From Camelus ferus (Eukaryota), in the NCBI RefSeq assembly GCF_009834535.1, contig NC_045697.1, forward strand, positions 119,910,001-119,974,000: a DNA stretch of 64,000 bases. Direction: 5' to 3'. This document shows positions 40,101 through 53,361 of the stretch, one piece after another. A program made the position numbers and the translations under genes. The notes beneath the pieces were generated by a model. The model worked only from the letters and a program-made list of their open reading frames with translations, ran no database searches and was not told the origin of the DNA. Each line of letters starts with the position of its first letter. Position 1 is the first letter of the stretch.

Positions 40101-43100
40101 TTTTGTAGGCTCCTTCCCAAATCTGGGATAACAGAAGAAATCTTTGTGTGTCTGACGGAGATGGGTAAACACACTCCACGCATGTTTCAGGGGGCACAGT
40201 TGTTCCAAGGGTGTGGGATGTCGGAAAATTACCTCAAATTCTCTTTGGGAATAACTCGCTGCTGCTACGAATTACAGCCAAGCCCACAGGTTTTCCTCGC
40301 AGCTAGGCGTGAGAAAAATACTCACAGAAAAGAAAAGACTGGTGCTATTAGAACCCAGGCGCTGCTGATATTTTTAGTATCCTCCCCACACTCAGGAGAG
40401 CAGAACACATCTTTGTGTGTGTGATGGTGTAGAAAAATACAATCCAGGCATATTTCTGAGGGTACAGCTGTTCCCAGGATTGGAGATGTCGCCTAAATAA
40501 CTCCAATGCCAATGGGGAGGCAATCTATAATTCTTCGCTTTGCAGACCATCTCCCACATTTCCCTTACAACCCGGCCTAAGAAAACACCTAGTGATGACA
40601 ATATTAGTGATTCTATGACAAAAACGGCGCTGCTGTCTGTTGAAGGTACAACACAGACTCAAAATTCCGGAGCAAGTATTTGCATGGGGGACGTGTGGAG
40701 CCCAACACAACACAGATGCCTGGGGTGCCAGATTTTCCTTGTTTATGAGAAGTCAGCTAATTACCTCTATAGACAATCTCTGGGCACTCGTTGCTACTTG
40801 GCTTTCCAGCCGAACCCCCGGCTATCCCTCGCTACCCGCCCTGGAAAACATTAAGAGATAATAAGTTAAATTTTCTATTGGAACACAAGCACTGCAGACT
40901 GTTGTAGGAACCTCCCCACACGAAGGATAACAGAAAAATTTTTTTGTGTCTCATTGAGATGGTAAAAGCTCCACGCATGTTTCAGGGTGTAGTGGTGTTC
41001 CTAGGTTGTGGGAGGTCAGATACATCCCACTACAGCCAATGCGGAAGTACTCGCTCCTGCTTGGCTTTCCAGCCCATGCCTCTGTTTCCTTTGCAACCCA
41101 GCCTGAGAAAACTATCAGGAAATGTAGCTAAAGTTTCTATCAGAACCCCGGTGCTGCAGTCTGTTGTAGGAATTTCCACAAACACAGGATTCCCAAACAC
41201 GGCATTGCTTGGAAGAGTTTTGAAGCCCCAAAGCCCACAAATACCTGGGGGCACAAGTTTTTCACATTTAGGGCCAAGTCCGCTAATTAACTCCATAGTC
41301 CATCTCTGGGCACTGGTTGCTACTTGGATTTCCAGCCCAAACCCAAGCAATCCCTCGCAGCCCGGCCTGTTAAAACACACAAGGAAAATATGTTTTTGGT
41401 TGTAATGGAACCCAGACTCTACCTACAGTTATAGGAAACTTCCCACAGCTAGGATAAAAGAAGAAACATTTGTGTGTCTGAAGGAGATCGGTAAACAAAC
41501 TCCAAGCATGTATCAGGGGGCTTAGGTGTTCCAAGGTTGTGGGACGTCGGAAAATTACCTCAAATTCTCTTGGGGAGTAACTCGCTGCTGCTACGAATTA
41601 CAGCCAAGCCCACAGCTGTACCTCGCAGCCAGGCCTGTGAAAACACTCACGGAAAACAAAATACTGGTGCTACTAGAACCCAGGCGCTGCTGAAATATGT
41701 AGAATCCTCCCCACACTCAGGATAGCAGAGCAAATATTTGTGTGAGTGATGGTGTAGGAAAATACACTCCAGGCAATTTTCTGGGGGTACAGCTGTTCAC
41801 AGGTTTGGAGATTTCGCCTAATTACCTCCAATTTCAATGGGGAGGCACTGTATAAGTCTTTGATTTCCAGACCAACTCCCAGCTTTCGTTTGAATCTCGG
41901 CCTAAGAAAACACATAGGGATGACAATATAAGTGATTATATCAGAACCCCCGCTCTGCTGCCTGCTGAAGGTACAACACACACTCAAAATTCCGGAAACT
42001 GACTTTGCTTGGTGGAGGTGTGGACACCAACACCACAGGATGCCTGGGATCATAGTTTCTCTCTATCTGGGGAAGACCGCTAATTACCTCTACATTCAAT
42101 ATCTGGGCAATCCTGGCTACTTGGCTTTCCAGCCGAACCCCCAGTTTCCCTCGCAACCCGCCCTGGAAAACCCTCAGAGATTATAAGCTACTGGCTCTAT
42201 TGGAACCAAGGCACTGCAGACCGTTGTAGGAAGCTCCGCACACGCAGTATAACAGAACACTTATTTTGTGTCAGATTGAGTTGGGAAAAATTCCACACAT
42301 GTTTGAGGGTGTACAGGTTTTCCTAGGTTGGGGGAGGTCAGATTATTCCCATTAATGCCCATGGGGAGGTAATCGCTCCTGCTTGGATTTCCATCCCATC
42401 CCCCAGTTTCCCTTGCAAGCCAGTCAGAGATAACAGTCAGGAAATTTAGCTAAAATTGCTATTAGAACCCAGGCGCTGCTGACAGTTGTAGAAACCTCTC
42501 CATACACTGGGTAACAGAACACTTCTTTGTGTGTGTGATGGAGTAATAATACACAGTCCATTCATGTATCTGTGGTGCAGGTGTAACCATGTTTGGAGAC
42601 GATGGCTAAGTATCTGCACAGCCCATGGGGTGACACTATGTTTTTTTCGTTTTCGAGCCTTAACCGCAGCTTTTCCTTGCAGCCCGGGTTAGGAAAACAC
42701 CCAGGGATGACAAACTAAATCATTCTATCAGAACCAGTGCGCTGCTATATGTTGGAGAAACCTCCAAACACTCAGGATTCCGGAACTCGGATTTGCATAG
42801 TGCGAATGGTGAAGCCCCACAGCACACTCATTCCTGGGGTCCCAAGATTTTCACTTTTAGGGCCAAGTCCGCAAATTACCTCCATAGTGCATCTCGGGGC
42901 ACTCGCTGCTACTTGGATTTCCAGCCCAACATCCATGTTTCCCTTGCAGCCCGTCCTGGGTTAACACAGAGGGAAAAGGAGCTATTGGTGATATTCGAAC
43001 ACATGCCCTGCTGAAAATTGTGGAAACCTTCGAGCACTCAGAATAACAGAACATATATTTCTGTGTGTGATGGAGTAGAAAAACACACTCCAGGCATTTT

Positions 43101-44570
43101 TCTGGGGATCCAGTTTTTCCCATGTTGGGAGATGTCGGCTAGATTCCTTCACTGCCCATGGGGATGCATTGATTTCTTCTTCGTTTTCAAGTCCAACTTC
43201 AAAATTTCCCTTGCATCCCGGTCTTGGATTATAACCACGATGACAGTCTAAGTGATTTTATCAGAGCTACGATGCTGCTGTCTATTTTAGGAACTTCCAG
43301 AATCTTAGGATTCTGGATCACGGCTATGCTTGGGGGTATCTTTGGAGACCCACACCACAGAGATGGCTGGGGGCACAGGTTTTTCCCTGTTAGGGAGATG
43401 TCCGCTAATTACCTCAACAGTCCATCTCGGGTCACTCGCTGCTACATGGTTTTCCAGCGCAAGCGCAGCATTCCCTCGCAGTCCGGCCTGGGAAAACAAA
43501 CAGGGATAATAAGCCAGTGGTTCTATTGGAACCCAGGTGCTGCAGAACATTGTAGGATACTCCCCACACACAGGAAAAGAGAACACCTCTTTGTGTGTCT
43601 CATGCAGTTTGGTAAACAAACTACACGCGTGTTTCAGGGGGTTAAGGTGTTCCTAGTTAGTGGGAGTATGGGTAATTTCCTAAAATTCCCATGGGGAGGC
43701 ACTCGCTCCTGCTTGGCTTTCCAGCCCAACCCCCAGATTTCCCTCTCAGCCCGGCCTGGGAAAACACTCAGGGTTAATATGCTATTGGTTGTATTGGAAC
43801 CCAGTCGCTACCTACCGTTGTAGGCTCCTTCCCACATCTGGGATAACAGAAGAATCTTTTGTGTCTGATGGAGATGGGTAAACAAACTCCACGCATGTTT
43901 CAGGGGGAACAGTTGTTCCAAGGCTGTAGGACGTCGGGAAATTACCTCAAATTCTCATTGGGAATAACTCGCTGCTGCTACGAATTACAGCCAAGCCCAC
44001 AGAATTACCTCACAGCTAAGCATGTGAAAAAAAATCACGGAAAAAAAAAGACTGGTGCTATTAGAACCAAGGCGCTGCTGATATTTGTAGAATCCTCTCC
44101 ACACTCAGGATAGCAGAACACATCTTTTTGTGTGTCATGATGTAGATAAAAACACTCCAGGCATATTTCTCAGGGTACAGCTGTTCCCAGGTTTGGAGAT
44201 GTAGCCTAATTAACTCCACTGCCAATGGGGAGGTAATCTATACTTCTTCGCTTTGCAGACAATCTCCCAAATTTCCCTTACAGCCCGGTCTAAGAAAAAA
44301 CCTAGTGATGACAATATTAGTGATTCTATTAGAATCCCGTCGCTGCTGTCTGTTGGAGGCACAACACAGACTCAAAATTCCGGAGCAAGGATTTGCTTGG
44401 GGGAGGTGTGGAGCCCCACACCACACACATGCATGGGGTCACAGATTGTTCTTGTTTATGAGAAGTCTGATAATTACCTCTACAGTCAATCTCTGGGCAC
44501 TCGTTGCTACTTGGCTTTCCAGCCGAACCCACTTCTTTCCCTAGTAACCCGCCCTGGAAAATACTCAGAG
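37145..44570. repeat. 14-monomer HOR (about 3712 bp), two diverged copies
   Basis: Homologous ORFs at 37233/40944 (offset 3711) and 40540/44253 (offset 3713). Shared variants: GGTGTAGTGGTGTTCC, AAAAGACTGGTGCT and TTGGGAATAACTCGC. Confidence 0.8.
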
Positions 44571-44799
44571 ATAATAAGTTAATGGTTTTATTGTAACACA
44601 AGCACTGCAGACCGTTGTAGGAACCTCCACACACGCAGGATAACAGAACACATTTTTTGTGTCTCATTGAGATGGTAAAAGCTCCATGCATGTTTCAGGG
44701 TGTACTGGTGATCCTAGGTTGTGGGAGGTCAGATACATCCCACTACAGCCCATGGGGATGTACTCGATCCTCCTTGGCTTTGCAGCCCATGCCCCAGTT

Positions 44800-47700
44800 T
44801 CTTTTGCAACCCAGCCTGAGAAAACAATAAGGAAATGTAGCTAATTTTCTATCACACCCCCGGTGCTGCAGTCTGTTGTAGGAAATTCCACACATACAGG
44901 ATTCCCAAACACGACATTTCTTGGAAGAATTTTGAAGCCAAATATACCACACATGGATGGGGGCACAAGTTTTTCCCTTTTAGGACCAAGTCAGCTAATT
45001 ACTTCCATAGTCCATTTCGGGGCATTCGTGGCTACTTGGGTTTCCAGCCCAAACCGAAGCTATCCCTCGCAGCCCGGCCTGGGAAAACACACAGGGAAAA
45101 TGTTATTGGTTGTAATGGAACCCAGTCTCTACCTACAGTTATAGGAAACTTCCCACAGCTACGATAAAAGAAGAAATATTTGTATGTCGGATGGAGATGT
45201 GTAAACAAGCTCCAAGCATGTATCAGGGGGCTTAGGTGTTCCAAGGTTGTGGGACGTCGGAAAATTACCTCAAATTCTCATGAGGAGTAACTCGGTGCTG
45301 CTACGAATTACAGCCAAGCCCACAGCTTTACCTCGCAGCCAGGCCTGTGAAAACACTCATGGAAAACAAAATACTGGTGCTACTAGAACCCAGACACTGC
45401 TGAAATTTGTAGAATCCTCCCAAAACTCAGGATAGCAGAACAAATTTTGTGTGTGGAATTGTGGAGGAAAATACACTCCAGGCATGTTTCTGGGGGTACA
45501 GCTGTTCCCAGGTTTGGAGATGTCGCCTAATTACCTCCACTTCCAATGGGCATGCAATCTAAACTTCTTCGCTTTCCAGACTAACTCCCAGCTTTCCTTT
45601 GAAGCACGGCCTTAGAAAACAACTAGGGATGACAATAATATTGATTCTATCAGAACCCCCGCTCTGCTGCCTGTTGGAGGTACAACACACACTCAAAATT
45701 TCGGAAAATGGCTTTGTTCGTGGAGGTGTGGAGACCAACACTATAGGATTCCTGGGGGCACAGTTTCTCTCTGTCTGGGGAAGCCCACTAATTACCTCTA
45801 CAGTCAATTTCTGGGCAATCCTGGCTACTTGGCTTTCCAGTCGAACCCCCAGTTTCCCTCGCAGCCCGCCCTGGAAAACACTCAGTGATTATAAGCTAGT
45901 GGTTCTGTTGGAAACAAGACACAGCTGACCGTTGTAGGAAGTTCCGCACACGCAGGATAACAGAACACTAATTTGGGTCAGATTGAGATGGTAAAAATTC
46001 AACACATGTTTCAGGGGTTACAGGTTTTCCTAGGTTGTGGGAGGTCAGATTATTCCCATTAATGCCCATGGGAAATAATCATTCCTACTTGGATATCCAT
46101 TCCATCCGCCAGTTTCCCTTGCAACCCAGTCAGAGGAAGCAGTCAGGAAATTTAGCTAAAATTTCTATTAGAAACCAGGCGCTGCTTACAGTTTTAGAAA
46201 CTTCCCCATACAAAGGGTAACAGAACACTTCTTTGTGTGTTTGATGGAGTAGGAAAACACAGTCCGTGCATGTATCTAGGGTTCCGGTGTAACCAGGTTT
46301 GGAGACGTTGGCTAAGTATCTCCACATCCCATGGGGAGGCACTCTGTTTTCTTCATTTTCCAGCCCTACTCCCAGGTTTCCCTTGCAGCCCGGGTTAGGA
46401 AAACACCGAGGGATGACAAACTAAGGGATTCTATCAGAACTCCGGCGCTGCTGTCTGTTGGAGGTACCTCCACACACACAGGATTCCCAAACACGGCTTT
46501 GCTTGGAAGAATTTTGAAGCCCCAAACCTACACATGGCTGGGGGCTCAAGTTTTTCCCTGTTAGTGAGAAGTCCGCTAATTAGCTCTACAGTCCATATCG
46601 GGCAACCGCTGCTACTTGGAATTCCAGCCCAAACCACATGTATCCCTTGCAGCCCGGCCTGGGTTATCACAGAGGGAAAAGATGCTATTTTTTCTATTCG
46701 AACCCATGTCCTGCTGACAATTGTGGAAAACTTCGAACACTTAGGATAACAGAACATACATTTCTGTGTGTGATGGAGTAGGAAAACACACTCCAAGCAT
46801 TTTTCTGGGGATCCAGGTTTTCCCAGGTTGGGAGATGTCGGCTAGATTCCTTCAATGCCCATGTGGTTGCACTGTCTTCTTCTACGTTTTCAAGACCAAC
46901 TCCCAGCTTTCCCTTGCAGCCCGGACAATTGAAACACCCATGGATGACATATAAGTGATTCTATCAGAACCCTGGCATTGCTTCCTGTTGGAGGAACCTC
47001 CAAACCTTCAGGATTCTGGAACACGTCTTTGAGTTTGGGGAGTTGTGGAAACCCAATCCACGCAGATGGATGGGGTCACAGATTTGTCCCTGTTAGGGAG
47101 AAGTCTGCTAATTAACTCCACAGTGCATCTTGGGGCACTCGCTGCTTCTTAGATTTTCAGTCTATCCCCCAGTTTTCCCACTCAGCCCGGCCTTGTAATA
47201 AACTCAGTGATAATAAGCTAGGTTTCTATTGGAACCCAGGTGCTACAGACAATTGTAGGAACCTACCCACACTAAGAATAACAGAACAATAATTTGAGTG
47301 TCTGATTTAGATGGGTAAAATAAATCCACGCATGTTTCAGGTTGTATAGGCGATCCTAGGTTGTGGGAGTTCGGATAATTACATCCACTGTCCATGGGGA
47401 GTCCCTTGCAGTTGCTTGGATTCCAGCCCAACCCCCAGCGTTCCCTCGCATCCCGGTCTGTGAAAACAGATAGGGAAAAAAAGCTACAGATTCTATAAGA
47501 ACTAAGACGCTCCTGACAGTTGTAGAAACCTCCCTACACTAAGGAAAAGAGAACATAGCTTTGTGTCTGTGATGGAGTAGGAAAACTCTTTAAGGCATAT
47601 TTCTGGAATGCAGGTGTTCGCAGGATGGGAAATGTTGGCTAATTACCTCCACTGCCCATGGGGGAGCACTCTCTTCTTCTTCGATATCCAGCCCTAATCC

Positions 47701-50700
47701 TAGCATTCCCTTGCAGCCCGACCGTGGAAAACACCCAGGTGTGTCAAACTAAATAATTCTATCAGAACCAGGGCGCTGCTGTATGTTGGAGGAACCTCCA
47801 AACACTCAGGATTCCAGAACACGGATTGCTTGTTGCGAATAGTGAAGCCCCACAGCACACTCATTGCTGGGGCCCAAGATTTTCCCTCTTAGGGCCAAGT
47901 CTGCTAATTACCTCAATAGTCCATTTTGGGGCACTTGCTGCTACTTGGATTTCCAGCCCAAACCCAAGCTTTCCCTCTCAGCACGGCCTGGGAAAACACA
48001 CAGGGAAAATATGTTATTGGTTGTAATGGAACCCAGTCTCTACCTACAGTTGTAGGAGCCTTCCCACAACTAGGATAAAAGAAAAAAATTTGTGTGTCTG
48101 ATGGAGATGGGTAAACAAACTTCAAGCATGTATCAGGGGACTTAGGTGTTCCAAGGATGTGGGACGTCAGAAAATTACCTCAAATTCTCATGGGTAGTAA
48201 CTCGCTGCTGCTACGAAATGCAGCCAAGCCCACTGTTTACCTCGCAGCCAGGCCTGTGAAAACACTCACGGAAAACTAAATACTGGTGCTAATAGAACCC
48301 AGGCTCTGCTGAAATTTGTAGAATACTCCCCACACTCAGGATAGCAGAACAAATTTTTTGTGTATTTGATGTTGGAGGAAAATACACTCCAGGCATGTTT
48401 CGGGGGGTACAGCTGTTCCCAGGTTTGGAGATGTTGCCTAATTACCTCCACTTCCAATGGGGAGGCACTCTATACTTGTTTGCTTTCCAGACCAACTCCC
48501 AGCTTTCCTTTGAATCCCGGCCTAAGAAAACACCTATGGAAGACAATATTAGTGATTCTATCAGTACCCCCGCTCTGCTGCCTGTTGGAGGTACAACCCA
48601 AACCCTAATTTCCGGAACATGGCTTTGCTTGGTGGAGGTTTGGGGACCAACACCACAAGATGACTGGTGGCACAGTTTCTCTCTGTCTGGGAGAAATACT
48701 CTAATTAACTCTACAGTCAATCACCTGGCAATACTGGCTATTTGGCTTTCCAGCCGAACCCCCAGTCTCCCTCTCAGCCCGCCCTGGAAAACACTCAGAG
48801 ATTATAAGTTAGTGGTTCTATTGGAACCCAGGCACTGCAGACCGTTGTAGGAAGCTCCGCACACGCAGGATAACAGAATATATTTTTTGTGTCTGATTGA
48901 GATGTTAAAAAGTCCACGCATGTTTCAGAGGGTACCTGTTTTCCTAGTTTTGTGGAGGTCAGATTATTCCCATTAATGCCCATGGGGAGGTAATCGCTCC
49001 TGCTTGATTTTCCGTCCAATCCCACAGTTTCCCTAGCAACCCAATCAGAGAAAACAGTCAGGAAATTTATCTAAAATTTCTATTAGAACCCAGGCGCTGC
49101 TGACTGTTATAGAAACCTCCCCATACACAGTGTAACAGAGCACTCTTTTGTGTGTGTGATGGACCAAGAAAACACACTCCATGCATGTATCTGGGGTGCA
49201 GATGTAATCAGGTTTTGAGACGTAGGCTAAGTATCTCCACAGCCCAAGGGGAGGCACTCTGTTTTCTTCGTTTTCCAGCCCTACTCCCAGCTTTCCCTTG
49301 AAACCCGGGTTAGGAAAACACCCAGGGATGACAAACTAAGTGATTCTATCAGAACCCCGGCACTGCTGTCTGTTGGAGGAACCTCCACACACACAGGATT
49401 AACAAACACGTCTTTGCTTGGGGGAATTGTGAAGCCCAACTACACACACATGGCTGAGGGCACAAGTCTTTCCCTGTTAGGTAGAAGTCCGCTAATTATC
49501 TCTACAGACCATCGTGGGGCACTCGCTACTTCTTGGATTTCTATACCAACCCCCAGGTTTCCCTTGCAGCCCGGCCTGGGGAAACACACAGGGAAAAGAA
49601 TCTACTGGTGCCATTAGAACACATGCGCTGCTTACAATTGTGGAAAACTTCGAACAATCATTATAACAGAGCACATCTTTCTGTGTGTGATGGAGTAGTA
49701 AAACACAATCCAGGCATTTTTCTGGGGATCCAGTTTTTCCCAGGTTGGGAGATGTTGGCTAGATTCCTTCACAGCCCATGGGGATGCATTGACTTCTTCT
49801 TCGTTTTCAAGCCCAACTTCCAAATTTCCCTTGCATCCCGGTCTTGGATTATAACCAGGGATGACAGTCTAAGTGATTTTATCAGAGCTACGATGATGCT
49901 GTCTATTTTAGGAACTTCCAGAATCTTAGGATTCTGGATCACGGCTATGCTTGGGGGTAGCTTTGGAGACCCACACCACAGAGATGGCTGGGGGCACAGG
50001 TTTTTCCCTGTTAGGGAGATGTCCGCTAATTACCTCAACAGTTCATCTCGGGTCACTCGCTGCTACATGGTTTTCCAGCGCAAGCGCAGCATTCCCTCGC
50101 AGTCCGGCCTGGGAAAACAAACAGGGATAATAAGCCAGTGGTTCTATTGGAACCCAGGTGCTGCAGAACATTGTAGGATACTCCCCACACACAGGAAAAG
50201 AGAACACCTCTTTGTGTGTCTCATGCAGTTTGGTAAACAAAGTCCACGCATATTTCAGGGGGTTAAGTAGTTCATAGTTAGTGGGAGTATGGGTAATATC
50301 CTAAAATGCCCATGGGGAGGCACTCGCTCCTGCTTGGCTTTCCAGCCAATGCCACAGTTTCTTTTTCAACCCAGCCTGAGAAAACAATCAGGAAATGTAG
50401 CTAATTTTCTATCAAACCCCCGGTGCTGCAGACTGTTGTAGGAAATTCCACACACACAGGATTCCCAAACACGGCATTGCTTGGAAGAATTTTGAAGCCA
50501 AAAATACCACACATGGTTGGGGGAAAAAGTTTTTCCCTTTTAGGACCAAGTCCGCTAATTAATTCCATAGTCCATCTCGGGGCAGTCGTGGCTACTTGGA
50601 TTTCCAGCCAAAACACAAGCTTTCCCTCGCAGCCCGGCCTGGGAAAAAACAAAGGGAAAATATGTTATTGGTTGTAATGGAACCCAGTCTCTACCTACCG

Positions 50701-53355
50701 TTATAGGAAACTTCTCACAGCTTGGATAAAAGAAGAAACATTTGTGTGTCTGATGGAGATGGGTAAACAAGCTCCAAGAAAGTATCAGGGGTCTTAGGTG
50801 TTCCAAGGCTGTGGGACGTCGGAAAAATACCTCAAATTCTCATGGGGAGTAACTCCCTGCTGCTATGAATTACAGCCAAGCCCACAGCTTTACCTCGCAG
50901 CCAGGCCTGCGAAAACACTCATGGAAAACAAAATACTGGTGCTACTAGAACCCAGACACTGCTGAAAGTTGTAGAATCCTCCCCACACTCAGGATAGCAG
51001 AACAAATTTTTGTGTGTGTAATGGTGTAGGAAAATACACTCAAGGAATGTTTCTGGGGGTACAGCTGTTCCCAGGTTTGGAGATGTCGCCTAATTACCTC
51101 CACTGCCAATGGGGAGGCACTCTATACTTCTTCGCTTTCCAGACTAATTCCCAGCTTTCCTTAGAAGCCCGGCATAAGGAAACACCTTGGGATGACAATA
51201 TTAGCGATTCTATCAGAACCCCATCTCTGCTGACAGTTGGAGGTACAACACACACTCAAATTACGGGAAAATGGCTTTGCTTGGTGGAGGTGTGGAGACA
51301 AACACCACAGGATTCCTGGGGGCACAGTTTCTCTCTGTCAGGGAGAAGCCCACTAATTACCTCTACAGTCAATTTCTGGGCAATCCTGGCTACTTGGCTT
51401 TCCAGCCGAACCCCCAGATTCCCTCGCAGCCCACCCTGGAAAACACTCAGTGATTATTAGCTAGTGGTTCTGTTGGAAACCAGACACTGCTGACCGTTGT
51501 AAGAAGTTCTGCACACGAATTATAATAGAACACTTTTTTTGGGTCAGATTGAGATGGTAAAAACTCAACGCATGTTTCAGGGGGTACAGGTTTTCTTAGG
51601 TTGTGGGAGGTCAGATTATTCCCATTAATGCCCATGGGAAATAATCATTCCTTCTTGGATTTCCATTCCATCCCCCAGTTTCCCTTGCAACCCAGTCAGA
51701 GAAAACAGTCAGGAAATTTAGCTAAATTTTTTTTTAGAACCCAGGCGCTGCTGACAGCTTTAGAAACTTCCCCATACACAGGGTAACAGAACACTTCTTT
51801 GTGTGTTTGATGGAGTAGGAATACCCAGTCCATGCATGTATCTAGGGTTCAGGTGTAACCAGGTTTGGAGACGTTGGCTAAGTATCTCCACATCCCATGG
51901 GGTGGCATTCTGTTTTCTTCGTTTTCCAGCCCTACTCCCAGCTTTCCCTTGCAGCCCGGGATAGGAAAACACCGAGGGATGACAAACTTAGTGATTCTAT
52001 CAGAACTCCGGCGCTGCTTTCTGTTGGAGGAACCTCCACACACACAGGATTCCCAAACACGGATTTGCTTGGAAGAATTTTGAAGCCCCAAACCTACACA
52101 TGGCTGGGGGCTCAAGTTTTTCCCTGTTAGTGAGAAGTCCGCTAATTAGCTCTACAGTCCATATCGGGCAACTGCTGCTACTTGGAATTTCAGCCCAAAC
52201 CACATGTTTCCCTTGCAGCCCGGCCTGGGGTATCACAGAGGGAAAAGAAGCTATTTTTTCTATTCGAACACATGCCCTGCTGACAATTGTGGAAAACTTC
52301 GAACACTCAGGATAACAGAACATACATTTCTGTGTGTGATGGAGTAGGAAAACACACTCCAAGCATTTTCCTGGGGATCCAGGTTTTCCCAGGTTGGGAG
52401 ACGTCGGCTAGATTCCTTCAATGCCCATGTGGTTGCACTGTCTTCTTCTACGTTTTCAAGACAAACTCCCAGCTTTCCCTTGCAGCCCGGACATGTGAAA
52501 CACCCATGGATGACAAATAAGTGATTCTATCAGAACCCTGGCATTGCTGCCTATTGGAGGATCCTCCAAAGCTTCAGTATTCTGGAACACGTCTTTTAGT
52601 TTGGGGAGTTGTGGAAACCCAATCCACGCAGATGGATGGGGTCACAGATTTGTCCCTGTTAGGGAGAAGTCTGCTAATTAACTCCACAGTGCATCTTGGG
52701 GCACTCACTGCTTCTTAGATTTTCAGTCTATCCCCCAGTTTTCCCACGCAGCCCGGCCTTGTGATACACTCAGTGATAATAAGCAAGGTTTCTATTGGAA
52801 CCCAGGTGCTACAGACAATTGTAGGAACCTACCGACACTCAGAATAACAGAACAATAATTTGAGTGTCTGATTTAGATGGGTAAACTAAATCCACGCATG
52901 TTTCAGGTTGTATAGGCGATCCTAGGTTGTGGGAGTTCGGATAATTACATCCACTGTCCATGGGGAGTCCCTTGCAGTTTCTTGGATTCCAGCCCAACCC
53001 CCAGTGTTCCCTCGCATCCCGGTCTGTGAAAACACATAGGGAAAAAAAGCTACAGTTACTATAAGTACTAAGACGCTCCTGACAGTTGTAGAAACCTCCC
53101 TACACTAAGGAAAAGAGAACATAGCTTTGTTTGTGTGATGGAGTAGGAAAACACATTAAGGCATGTCTCTAGGGTGCAGGGTCCGCAGGATGGGAAATGT
53201 TGGCTAATTACCTCCACTGCCCATGGGGGAGCACTTTCATCTTCTTCGATATCCAGCCCTAATCCTAGCATTCCCTTGCAGCCCGACCGTGGAAAACACC
53301 CAGGGATGTCAAACTAAATCATTCTATCAGAACAAGGACGCTGCTGTATGTTGGA
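44800..53355. repeat. Duplicated block at 21-monomer offset (5560-5567 bp): about 44800-47790 vs about 50360-53355
   Basis: Homologous ORFs at 46035/51601, 46331/51897 and 46534/52100 (offset 5566). Shared variants: CCCAAACCTACACATGGCTGGGGGCTCAAG and CCCATGGGAAATAATCATTCC. Confidence 0.85.
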
Positions 53356-53361
53356 GTTTTG

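Noticed and set aside
49533..50270. Longest ORF (245 aa); related ORFs at 12059, 31884 and 43224
   Set aside because: A chance open frame across A-B-C' monomers. Starts and ends differ among copies, and the frame is interrupted in the copies near 19.9 kb and 25 kb.
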